From the NCBI RefSeq assembly GCF_020745735.1, contig NW_026867487.1, positions 2,232,001-2,296,000 of the forward strand: a stretch of DNA of 64,000 bases, in the 5' to 3' direction. Made by a program: the position numbers and the translations under genes. Origin of the DNA: Hemiscyllium ocellatum (lineage: Eukaryota). How positions within the stretch are numbered: the stretch's first letter is position 1; each line of letters begins with the position of its first letter. The notes under the pieces are model-generated. The model searched no databases. It was given only the letters and a program-made list of their open reading frames with translations, and was not told the origin of the DNA. Shown piece by piece: positions 47,991 through 60,500 of this stretch.

Positions 47991-50900
47991 TACCACGTGT
48001 TTGTGTGGGGGAGGGGCTGTAACACGTTTGTGTGGGGGGAGGGGCTGTACCGTGTGGGTGGGGGCTGTAACACATGTATGTGGGTAGGAGGGGCTGTAAC
48101 ACGTGTGTGGGGGAGGGGTTGTAACACGTGTGTGGGAGAGGGGTTGTAACACGTGTGTGGGGAGGAGGGGCTGTAACACGTGTGTGGGGGAGGGGTTGTA
48201 ACACGTATGTGGGGAGGAGGGGCTGTAACACGTGTGTGGGGGAGGGGTTGTAACATGTATGTGGGGAGGGGCTGTAACACGTGGGGGTGAGGGGCTGTAC
48301 CACGTGTGTGTGGGGCTGTAACACGTGTGTGTGGGGGTGAGGGGCTGTACCACGTGTGTGTGTGGGGCTGTAACACGTGTGTGTGGGGGAGGGGCTGTAA
48401 CACATATGTGGGGAGGGGCTGTAACACGTGGGGGAGGGGCTGTAACACGTGTGTGTGGGGGTGAGGGGCTGTACCACGTGTGTGTGGGGCTGTACCACGT
48501 GTGTGTGGGGGAGGGGCTGTAACACGTATGTGGGGAGGAGGGGCTGTAACACGTATGTGGGGAGGAGGGGCTGTAACACGTGTGTGGGGGAGGGGTTGTA
48601 ACATGTATGTGGGGAGGAGGGGCTGTAACACGTGTGTGGGGGAGGGGCTGTAACACGTGTGTGGGGGAGGGGCTGTAACACGTGTGTGGGGGAGGGGGGG
48701 CTGTAACACGTGTGTGGGGGAGGGGTTGTAACACGTATGTGGGGAGGGGCTGTAACACGTATGTGGGGAGGGGCTGTAACACGTATGTGGGAGAGGGGCT
48801 GTAACACGTGTGTGTGGGGGTGTGGGGCTGTACCACGTGTGTGTGGGGGGGAGGGGCTGTAGCGTGTGAGTGAGGGGAGGGGCTGTAGCGTGTGTGGGGG
48901 TGAGGGGCTGTAACGTGTGTGGGGGAGGGGCTGTAACGTGTGGGGCTGAGGGGCTGTAACACGTGTGTGGGGGGTGAGGGGCTGTAACACGTGTGTGTCT
49001 GTGGGGGAAGGGCTGTAACACGTGTGTGGGGGAAGGGCTGTAACACGTGTGTGGGGGAGGGGCTGTAACACGTGTGTGGGGGGAGGGGCTGTAACACGTG
49101 TGTGTCTGTGGGGGAGGGGCTGTAACACGTGTGTGTCTGTGGGGGAGGGGCTGTAACACGTGTGTGTCTGTGGGGGAGGGGCTGTAACGTGTGTGTCTGT
49201 GGGGGAGGGGCTGTAGCGTGTGTGTGTGGGGGAGGGGCTGTAGCGTGTGTGTGTGGGGGGGAGGGGCTGTAGCGTGTGAGTGGGGGGAGGGGCTGTAACA
49301 CGTGTGTGGGGGAGGGGCTGTAACACGTGTGTGGGGGGAGGGGCTGTAACACGTGTGTGTCTGTGGGGGAGGGGCTGTAACGTGTGTGTCTGTGGGGGAG
49401 GGGCTGTAGCGTGTGTGTGGGGGAGGGGCTGTAGCGTGTGTGTGTGGGGGGGAGGGGCTGTAGCGTGTGAGTGGGGGGAGGGGCTGTAACGTGTGTGGGG
49501 GGGCTGTAACGTGTGTGGGGGAGGGGCTGGAACGTGTGTGCGTAGGGGGGTGAGGGGCTGTAACGTGTGTGTGTGGGGGGGGGGAGGGGCTGTAACGTGG
49601 GGGGGTGAGGGGCTGTAACGTGTGTGGGGGAGGGGCTGTAGCGTGTGTGGGGGGAGGGGCTGTAACGTGTGTGGGGGTGAAGGGCTGTAACGTGTGTGCG
49701 TGGGGGGGTGAGGGGCTGTAACACAGTGCGTGTGGGGGGAGGGGCTGTAACGTGTGTGGGGGAGGGGCTGTAATGTGTGTGGGGCTGAGGGACTATAATG
49801 TGTGTGGGGGGAGGGGCTGTAACACGTGTGCGTGTGGGGGAGGGGCTGTAACACGTGTGCGTGTCGGGGGGAGGAGCTGTAATGTGTGTGGGGGAGGGGC
49901 TGTAATGTGTGTGGGGCTGAGGGGCTGTAATGTCTGAGGGGCTGTAATGTGTGTGGGGGGAGGAGCTGTAATGTGTGTGGGGGGAGGGGCTGTAATGTGT
50001 GTGGGGCTGTGGGGCTGAGGGGCTGTAATGTCTGAGGGGCTGTAATGTGTGTGGGGGTGAAGGGCTGTAACGTGTGTGCGTGGGGGGGTGAGGGGCTGTA
50101 ACACGTGTGCGTGTGGGGCTGAGGGACTGTAATGTGTGTGGGGGGAGGGGCTGTAACACGTGTGGGGGAGGGGCTGTAACACGTGTGCGTGTCGGGGGGA
50201 GGAGCTGTAATGTGTGTGGGGGGAGGGGCTGTAATGTGTGTGGGGGAGGGGCTGTAATGTGTGTGGGGCTGAGGGGCTGTAACGTGCGTGTGGGGGAGGG
50301 GCTGTAACACGTGTGCGTGTGGGGCTGAGGGGCTGTAACGTGTGTGGGGCTGAGGGGCTGTAACGTGTGTGGGGCTGAGGGGATGTAACGTGCGTGTGGG
50401 GGAGGGGCTGTAACACGTGTGCGTGTGGGGGGGAGGGGCTGTAACACGTGTGCGGGGGGAGGGGCTGTAACGTGTGTGGGGTGGAGGGGCTGTAACGTGT
50501 GTGGGGGGAGGGGCTGTAACGTGTGTGGGGTGGAGGGGCTGTAACGTGTGTGGGGTGGAGGGGCTGTAACGTGTGTGGGGGGAGGGGCTGTAACGTGTGA
50601 GTGGGGGGAGGGGCTGTAGCGTGTGTGGGGGAGGGGCTGTAACGTGTGTGTGGGGGGGTGAGGGGCTGTAACGTGTGTGCGTGTGGGGGAGGGGCTGTAA
50701 CGTGTGGGGGGGTGAGGGGCTGTAACGTGTGTGTGGGGGTGAGGGGCTGTAACGTGTGTGTGGGGGTGAGGGGCTGTAACACGTGTGTGTGGGGGGAGGG
50801 GCTGTAACACGTGTGTGTGTAGGGGGAGGGGCTGTAACGTGTGTGCGTGGGGGGGTGAGGGGCTGTAACACGTGTGTGTGGGGGAGGGGCTGTAACACAT

Positions 50901-51544
50901 GTGTGTGCGCGTGGGGGGTGAGGGGCTGTAACATTGTGTGGGGGAGGGGCTGTAACACGTGTGTGTGTGTAGGGGGAGGGGCTGTAACATGTGTGGGGGG
51001 AGGGGCTGTAACATGTGTGGGGGTAGGGGCTGTAATATGTGTGGGGTGGAGGGGCTGTAACGTGTGTGCGTGGGGGGGTGAGGGGCTGTAACGTGTATGG
51101 GGTGGAGGGGCTGTAACGTGTGTGCGTGGGAGGGTGAGGGGCTGTAACACGTGTGTGTGGGGGGGTGGGGCTGTAACGTGTGTGTGGGGGGAGGGGCTGT
51201 AACGTGTGTTGGGGGGAGGGGCTGTAACGTGTGTGTGTGGGGGAGGGGCTGTAACGTGTGTGTGTGGGGGAGGGGCTGTAACGTGTGTGTGTGGGGGGAG
51301 GGGCTGTAACGTGTGTGTGTGGGGGGAGGGGCTGTAACGTGTGTGTGGGGGGGAGGGGCTGTAACGTGTGTGGGGGGGAGGGGCTGTAACACGTGTGTGT
51401 GGGGGGGTGGGGCTGTAACGTGTGTGTGGGGGGGAGGGGCTGTAGCGTGTGTGTGTGGGGGGGGGAGGGGCTGTAACGTTACAGTCCCTCCACCCCCACA
51501 CACGTTACAGTCCCTCCACCCCCACACACGTTACAGCCCCTCCC

Positions 51545-51596
<52 letters not shown>

Positions 51597-54500
51597 ACAG
51601 CCCCTCCCCCCCACACACACACACGCTACAGCCCCTCCCCCCCACACACACACGCTACAGCCCCTCCCCCCCCCACACACACGTTACAGCCCCTCCCCCC
51701 CACACACACACGTTACAGCCCCTCCCCCCCACACACACGTTACAGCACCTCCCACACACACACGTGTTACAGCCCCTCCCACAAACATGGTGCAGCCCCT
51801 CCCCCCACACGTGTTACAGCCCCTCACCCCCACACAAACATGTGGTACAGCTCCTCCCCCCCACACACGTGTTACAGCCCCTCCCCCCACACACACGTTA
51901 CAGCCCCTCCCCCCACACACGTTACAGCCCCTCCCCCCCACACACGTTACAGCCCCTCCCCCCCACACACACGTTACAGCCCCTCCCCCACACACGTTAC
52001 AGCCCCTCCCCCCCACACACGTTACAGCCCCTCCCCCCACACACGTTACAGCCCCTCCCCCCACACACACGTTACAGCCCCTCCCCCCCACACACACGTT
52101 ACAGCCCCTCCCCCCCACACACACACGTTACAGCCCCTCCCCCCCACACACACGTTACAGCCCCTCCCCCCCACACACGTTACAGCCCCTCCCCCCCCAC
52201 ACACGTTACAGCCCCTCCCCCCACACACGTTACAGCCCCTCCCCCCACACACGTTACAGCCCCTCCCCCCCACACACGTTACAGCCCCTCCCCCCCACAC
52301 ACACGTTACAGCCCCTCCCCCCCACACACACGTTACAGCCCCTCCCCCCACACACACACGTTACAGCCCCTCCCCCCCACACACACGTTACAGCCCCTCC
52401 CCCCCACACACGTGTGTGGGGGGGAGGGGCTGTAACGTGTGTGTGGGGGGGAGGGGCTGTAACGTGTGTGTGGGGGGGAGGGGCTGTAACGTGTGTGTGG
52501 GGGGGAGGGGCTGTAACGTGTGTGTGGGGGGGAGGGGCTGTAACGTGTGTGGGGGGGAGGGGCTGTAACGTGTGTGGGGGGGAGGGGCTGTAACGTGTGT
52601 GGGGGGAGGGGCTGTAACGTGTGTGTGGGGGGGAGGGGCTGTAACGTGTGTGGGGGGGAGGGGCTGTAACGTGTGTGGGGGGAGGGGCTGTAACGTGTGT
52701 GTGGGGGGGAGGGGCTGTAACACGTGTGTGGGGGGGAGGAGCTGTACCACATGTTTGTGTGGGGGTGAGGGGCTGTAACACGTGTGGGGGGAGGGGCTGC
52801 ACCATGTTTGTGGGAGGGGCTGTAACACGTGTGTGTGTGGGAGGTGCTGTAACGTATGTGTGGGGGGGAGGGGCTGTAACGTGTGTGGGGGGGAGGGGCT
52901 GTAACACGTGTGTGGGGGGGAGGAGCTGTACCACATGTTTGTGTGGGGGTGAGGGGCTGTAACACGTGTGGGGGGAGGGGCTGCACCATGTTTGTGGGAG
53001 GGGCTGTAACACGTGTGTGTGTGGGGGAGGTGCTGTAACGTATGTGTGGGGGGGAGGGGCTGTAACGTGTGTGGGGGGGAGGGGCTGTAACGTGTGTGGG
53101 GGGGAGGGGCTGTAACACGTGTGTGGGGGGGAGGAGCTGTACCACATGTTTGTGTGGGGGTGAGGGGCTGTAACACGTGTGGGGGGAGGGGCTGCACCAT
53201 GTTTGTGGGAGGGGCTGTAACACGTGTGTGTGTGGGGGAGGTGCTGTAACGTGTGTGTGGGGGGGAGGGGCTGTAACGTGTGTGGGGGGAGGGGCTGTAA
53301 CGTGTGTGTGGGGGGGAGGGGCTGTAACACGTGTGTGGGGGGGAGGAGCTGTACCACATGTTTGTGTGGGGGTGAGGGGCTGTAACACGTGTGGGGGGAG
53401 GGGCTGCACCATGTTTGTGGGAGGGGCTGTAACACGTGTGTGTGGGGGGGAGGTGCTGTAACATATCTGTGTGGGGGTGAGGGGCTGTATCACGTGTGTG
53501 GGGGGAGGGCCTGTAACGTGTGTGTGGGGGGAGGGCCTGTAACGTGTGTGTGGGGGGGAGGGGCTGTAACACGTGTGTGTGGTGGGAAGGGCTGTAACAC
53601 GTGTGTGTGTTGGGGGGAAGGGCTGTAACGTGTGTGTGTGTAGGGGGGGGGGAGTTGGGGCTGTACCACCTGTTTGTGTAGGGGTAGGGCTGTACCACGT
53701 GTGGGTGGGGAGTGGCTGTAACACATGTTTGTGTGGGGGGAGGGGCTGTACCACGTGTTTATGGGGAGGAGGGGCTGTACCACATGTTTGTGTGAGGGTA
53801 GGGGCTGTAACACGTGTGGGGAGAGGGGTTGTAACGTGTATGTAGGGGAGAGGGGTTGTAACGTGTATGTAGGGGAGAGGGGCTGTAACGTGTATGTAGG
53901 GGAGAGGGGCTGTAACGTGTATGTAGGGGAGAGGGGCTGTAACGTGTATGTAGGGGAGAGGGGCTGTAACGTGTATGTAGGGGTGAGGGGTTGTAACGTG
54001 TATGTAGGGGTGAGGGGCTGTAACACGTGTGTGGGGGTCAGGGGCTGTAACCTGTGTGCGTGTGGGGGGGAGGGGTTGTAATACTGTGTGTGTGGAGTGC
54101 AGCACGTTTGTGTATGGGGGGAGGGGCTGTACCACGTGTGTGGGGGGGTGTGGGGCCGTACCACGTGTATGTGTGGGGGGTGGGGCTGTATCACATGTTT
54201 GTGTGTGGGAGTTGGGCTGTAGCACGTGTGTGGGGGGGGAGGGGCTGTAACACGTGTGTGTGTGTGGGGAGGGGCTGTACCATGTGTGTGTGGGGGGAGG
54301 GGCTGTAACACGTGTGTGTGTGTGTGTGTGGGGAGGGGCTGTACCACGTGTGTGGGGGGGGGCTGTACCACGTGTGTGGGGGGTGGCTGTACCATGTGTG
54401 TGGGGGGTGGGCCTGTAACACGTGTGTGTGTGTGGAGGGGCTGTACCACGTGTGTGGGGAGGGGGCTCTACCACGTGTGTGGGGGGGTGTGGGGCCGTAC

Positions 54501-57500
54501 CACGTGTATGTGTGGGGGGTGGGGCTGTATCACATGTTTGTGTGTGGGAGTTGGGCTGTAGCACGTGTGTGTGGGGGGTGGGGCTGTAACACGTGTGTGT
54601 GTGTGTGGAGGGGCTGTACCACGTGTGTGGGGAGGGGGCTGTACCACGTGTGTGGGGGGGGGCTGTACCACGTGTGTGTGGGGAGGGGCTGTAACACGTG
54701 TGTGTGTGGGGGGGGAGGGGCTGTAACACGTGTGTGTGTGTGTGTGTGGGGGGGGAGGGGCTGTAACACTGTGTGTGTGTGGGGAGGGGCTGTTCCACGT
54801 GTGTGGGGGGGGGCTGTACCACGTGTGTGGGGGGGGGCTGTAACATGTGTGTGGGGGGTGGGGCTGTAACACGTGTGTGTGTGTGGGGAGGGGCTGTACC
54901 ACGTGTGTGGGGAGGGGGCTGTACCACGTGTGGGGGGGGGGCTGTACCACGTGTGTGGGGGGGGCTGTACCATGTGTGTGTGGGGAGGGGCTGTAACACG
55001 GGGAAGGGGCTGTAACACATGTTTGTGTGGGGGGAGGGGCTGTATCACGTTTGTGTGGGGGGAGGGGCTGTACCACGTGTGTGGGGCCGTACCGCGTGTA
55101 TGTGTGGGGGGTGGGGCTGTACCACGTGTATGTGTGGGGGTGTTGGGGCTGTACCACATGTTTGTGTGGGGGGGTGGGGCTGTATCACATGTTTGTGTGT
55201 GGGAGTTGGGCTGTAGCACGTGTGTGGGTGGGGCTGTATCATGTGTGTGTGTGGGGGGGTGGGACTGTACCACGTGTGTTTGGGGAGGGGCTGTATCACG
55301 TGTGTGTGTGGGGGGGTGGGACTGTACCATGTGTGTTTGGGGAGGGTCTGTACTACGTGTGTGTGTGGGGGGGGTGGGTGGGAGGGGCTTCCCACGCCTT
55401 TACAAATGGGGGAGTGGGGGGTGAGGGGCTGTCCCACGTGTTTACGTGTTGGGGGAGGGAGGGGCTGTCCTACGTGTTTGTGGGTGTGTGGAGCATGATG
55501 AAATAACTGCAGGGAGTGCGGTATCCTGTCACCATGTCAGCCTTGGTCTGCACGTGGAGAGTCTGTGAACCTGCCCCCCGGACATTCCTGTTTATATCTG
55601 TCAGCCAGGACTCCCTGATCGGAGCAGATGGACAGCCCCCAATCCAGAAACTCCTACTCTCGGAGTGGGGGTGGGGGGGCCCACCTGGCTGATCTCTACT
55701 GACAGGCCCTGAGTGTGGTTGGGGATGGCGGGGGGAGGGGGGTGAAGCAGGGCCTGAGGGGGGTGGAGGGTGTTTAGGGCAGGCCCTGGGAGGTGCTGAG
55801 GACAGGCCCTGAGTGTGGTTGGGGACGGCGGGGGTGTGAAGCAGTGCCTGAGGGGGGTGGAGGGTGTTTAGGACAGGCCCTGGGAGGTGCTGAGGACAGG
55901 CCTGTAGCGGGTGGGTCAGCATTAAGACAGCAAGAGCAACTGATTCTACTGGGCTAGATTTGGAAATTGGCCGTCCAGATTTCTGACAGAGATTTCTGGA
56001 TCTTACTGTTGAACACAGAGCACGAGAGGGAGTGACGTCCCAGTTAAAGGTTGGCAGAGCAACTTGAGAATTAGAGCTCGGGAGTATCTTGCTGCTGTGT
56101 TCATTCTGTGTTAAAGCACAGTGTCCCCTGTTTCAAACTCGGAGGATAATCATGGTGTAGCTCGTCTGGCCTCTGTACTGTATCTCCCGCTTAAATGTTT
56201 TTCTACAACCTCTCCCACCGGGGAGTAGGTACAGAAGCCTGAACACACACACCAGTCAGTTTCCGAACAGTTTGCCCCCTACTCTTGTTAAAATACTGAA
56301 TGGACTCGCAGGCTCTGAACATCCGCCCGTACCTGTGTGTTTGTTTTTGCTGCTGTTTACCTATTATTTCCAGAACTATGCTCCATCACTCCGTGATCTG
56401 CCTGTATTGCTCACCAGACAAACCTTTCTCAACTGTGCCTCGGTACACGTGATAATCAATCCAATTCAATCCCCACCACAGGCCACAGCTCAGTTGAAGG
56501 AAGCATTTAAGGATCCCTCGGTGGTCCCTGCACTCTGCAACATCCTCGCAAATTCACCAAACCCTCAGGTAAACAGCTTCGAATCGTGTTTAGACCAGCT
56601 TTGGGAAGATGCAAAACTGTTTGGGTTATCAGAGGGGCTCCAACAGAGAACGAAAATGAGGGGAAATGAAGTGTTTCCATTTGTCAGGAAGAGGGACAGG
56701 GAGGAGAATGGAGTTTACAAAATACACTCATTAAATAGCAGGCAGAATAATGTGACTATTGTCAGCCAGAAATATTACAGGCTGTAGAGTAGGTGAAATG
56801 TTCCGTAGAAAGGGTTCAGGAAAGATTTTCGAGGAGGGCTTATGCCCGAAACGTTGAATCTCCTGCTCCTTGGATGCTGCCTGACCTGCTGCGCTTTTCC
56901 AGCAACACATTCTCAGCTCAGGAAAGGGTTTACCAGGATGTTGCCAGGAATAGAGGGTTTCAGATATAAAAGTAGACTGGAACTTCTTTCGCTGGAGTTC
57001 GGAGGTTGCGGACTGACCTTAGTGAGGTTTATACAATGACGAGGGGCGTGGATGAGATGGAATGACGAGGGTCTTTTCCTTGGGGTGGGAAGTTCAAAAG
57101 TTGGTGGCGGGGGGGTATTCTTGAGGTGAGAGAAGAAAGATTTTTAAAAAGGATCCGAGGGGCAACTTCTTTTTGCATGGAATGGTTCGTGTGTGAGATG
57201 AACTTCCGGAGAAGGTGGTGGGTGCAGTACAGTTATTGTGCTGAAAAGACTTCTGGACAGGTACCTGAATAGGAAAGGGCTGGAGAGGAGGTGTGTGACG
57301 TACAGGCAGGTGGGACTAGTGTGGTTCGGGGAACCTGGTCGGCATGGACTGGTCGGGCCGAAGGGTCTGTTTCTGTGCTGTCTGGCTGTTAATGTGTGTG
57401 GCCGTTCCTGGCGTGCAAGGGTTTGGTTATGTACCGCATTTGAATGTTGCGGGTGAAAAGGCAGCCTTTGTCAGAGCCGGGATGTCTGACCGCCAGCAAA

Positions 57501-60500
57501 CATCCCCATCTGTGCCCTGTATCACCCTGGCCCGCGGAAACTTCTCGAACAACTGTTGACGACCGTTTCATTTGCGTCGCTAGAAGGTTCGGTTTGTGTT
57601 CCGTTCACATTCTACCGCCTGCCAGGGTGGGATTCAAATCAGGGTTAACGTTTCCAATCCAGTGACTCTTCTGCAGGATTGTAAAAGGCTCCCTTGGGTA
57701 GGGGGTGTCAACCCTGCTTTCTGCCCCCAGAGGTGCTGCCAGACCTCTTGCGGTCCTCCAGCAGTTTCTGGTTTTTCTCTCCGAGTTCCCGAGTCCATCG
57801 CTTTGATTGGATCACCCTGATGTGTTGAACCCCACCATTTAAACCGCCCCACTTGCTGCGTGTGAACTGGCCGCTGTGTTTCTCACGCTGTTGAAAAATT
57901 TCCCGAGAGCGTGAGACCGTTTACCCCTCTCGCCCCTTTCTCGTCCCGTTGCTTCCCTTTTCCGTGTCGGTGTTGAATGGGTGAAGCCGGCCGCGGTCCC
58001 CAGACAGCGGTCTTCGCAGGGCTCCTCGCAATTCTTTCCTCCTTTCAGCCTTTTTTTTGTTTGTGTTTTTGTTTCCGCCAGTCCTGGTGAAAACCCCACT
58101 GATCGGCCTTTCTCCCTGTCCCCCCCGTTAGATCCGTCAGTTTGCAGCAGTGCTGGTGAGGAGGAGAGTCGCAAAACACTGGAAGAAACTGTCGGTGGAT
58201 CTCAAAGAGAAGTATGGGATGAAGCTTTTAAACTGATCCACTAAAATAACGACCCGGGTGTCAGATTAGCTTCATGCTTTGTGCAGTAAGGGCTGTCAGC
58301 AACCTGGGATTCGATGGTGATTGTTAGAAAGACCGGTCTAGAGGAAGCTATACAGTCCTGGGATTGTCTGGTGGGGCTGTCGTACAGGGAGCTTTACTTT
58401 CAGCTTTAACAGCCTGGAGCAGGAGTAGGCCATCTGGCCCCTCGAGCCTGATCAATAAGGTCAGGGCTGATCGGTTTGTGGCCTCAGCTCCACGTACCCA
58501 CCCTCTTCCCGTAAGCCTGGTCTCTGTCACTATAGAAAGTAGGCAAGCTTTACTCTGTCTAATCCTGCGCTACCCATGTCCAGAGAGTGTTTGATGGGGG
58601 GAAACAGTGCAGAGGGAGCTTTACTCTGTATTTGACCTCATGCTGTCCCTGTCCCTGTCCCTGTCCCTGGGATGGGGAGGACAGTGTAAAGGGAGCTTTA
58701 CTCTGTATCTAACATTGTGCTGTCCCTGTCCCTGGGATGGGAGTGTTTGGGACAGTGTAGAGGGAGCTTTACTCTGTATCTAACATTGTGCTGTCCCTGT
58801 CCCTGTGATGGGGGGACAGTGTAGAGGGAGCTTTACTCTGTATCTAACATTGTGCTGTCCCTGTCCCTGTGATGGGGGGACAGTGTAGAGGGAGCTTTAC
58901 TCTGTATCTAACATTGTGCTGTCCCTGTCCCTGTGATGGGAGTGTTTGGGACAGTGTTTGTCTCTGCGTGTGTTGGAGTGCCCTGTATGATGTACTGATG
59001 GAGTCTCTCTCTCTCTCCTTTGTGCCCTTCAGTTTGAAGCCTGTGGTTCTCCAGTCTCTGCAGCAGGAACATGAGTAAGTGTGGGGGCTGTGAAGTGTGT
59101 GGTTGGGGGGACAGAATGCGGATTGCAGTCCGAGCTATTAACCCGAGGCTTGTGCAGGAAAACTGGATAGCTGCTGAGAACGTGTGGGCCATCAGCTTCT
59201 GCGGGGCCGTATGACCGATTTCCTGACAGTCCTTACTCAGCCTGGCTTCTTCAAGCCTTTGAATTCCACCCGTGTGTTCACATGAACGAATGTAGCGCAG
59301 TGGCTGTTGCTGGTTAATTGGAGCTTGTTGTGGAGCAGTTGGCTGGTGTGGTTCCTACTCTAGAAGCTCAACTGGTTGAACAAATGTGTGTGTGTGTGAG
59401 AGGCAGACTCATGCCAACTGTGTGGGCTCAATTCTCACACTGAANNNNNNNNNNNNNNNNNNNNNNNNNNNNNNNNNNNNNNNNNNNNNNNNNNNNNNNN
59501 NNNNNNNNNNNNNNNNNNNNNNNNNNNNNNNNNNNNNNNNNNNNNNNNNNNNNNNNNNNNNNNNNNNNNNNNNNNNNNNNNNNNNNNNNNNNTGTCACTC
59601 TCTCTCTGTGTCTCTCACTGTCTGTGTGTGTCTCTCTCTCTCTCTGTGCCTCTCTCTTTCTCTCACTCTCTCTCTCTGTCTCTGTGTCTCTCACTGTCNN
59701 NNNNNNNNNNNNNNNNNNNNNNNNNNNNNNNNNNNNNNNNNNNNNNNNNNNNNNNNNNNNNNNNNNNNNNNNNNNNNNNNNNNNNNNNNNNNNNNNNNNN
59801 NNNNNNNNNNNNNNNNNNNNNNNNNNNNNNNNNNNNNNNNNNNNNNNNNNNNNNNNNNNNNNNNNNNNNNNNNNAAAGTCTATGGTGACTCTGTTAATGA
59901 AAGCGTTTTCAGGCATTTGGTTGTGAAAGGTGCAATATAGATGCAGGACTTCCTGTCTCACTGAGTAGCATCCGAGAAAGCAGTGCTGAAGAGGCCATTT
60001 GACCCATTGACTCTGCACCGGCACTCCCACCTATTCCCCATAATCCTGCATTTCCCATGGCTAACCCACCTCGCCAGCACGTCCCTGCACACTATGGGAC
60101 CATTTACCTTGGCTAACCCACCCTGACCCGCATATCTTCGGACAGTGGAGGAAACCGGAGCACCCGGTGGAAACCCACGCAGACACGGGGCGAATGTGCA
60201 AACTCCACACAGACAGCCGCCCGAAAGGGGGATCGAACCCAGGTCCCTGGCGCTGTGAGGCAGCAGTGCTAACCACTGAGCCGCTGTACCGCCCTACTCT
60301 GTCTCTGATTGAGACATCGTCAAGCTGACATGTTTGCTGTCTCTGTTTGGTGTTTTTCTGATTTCCTTCAGTTAAAGCTATTAGACGTTAGGGCTGGTTA
60401 GTTTTTCCAGCGTTAACCCAACCCTTTGATTGGGTTTGAAGTGGTGGGTACAGACTGGAAGGGCTGAATGGCCCTTTTCCCGTCAGCATGCTGACCTCTC

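Noticed and set aside
47282-55506. Very long ORFs (up to 1241 aa) rich in H/T/P/C/V/G
   Set aside because: They are translations of the intronic minisatellite, open in several frames and on both strands.
55495-55620. Possible C/D snoRNA (ATGATGA ... CTGA) in IPO4 intron 1
   Set aside because: No terminal stem and no recognisable guide sequence; the motifs are short enough to occur by chance.
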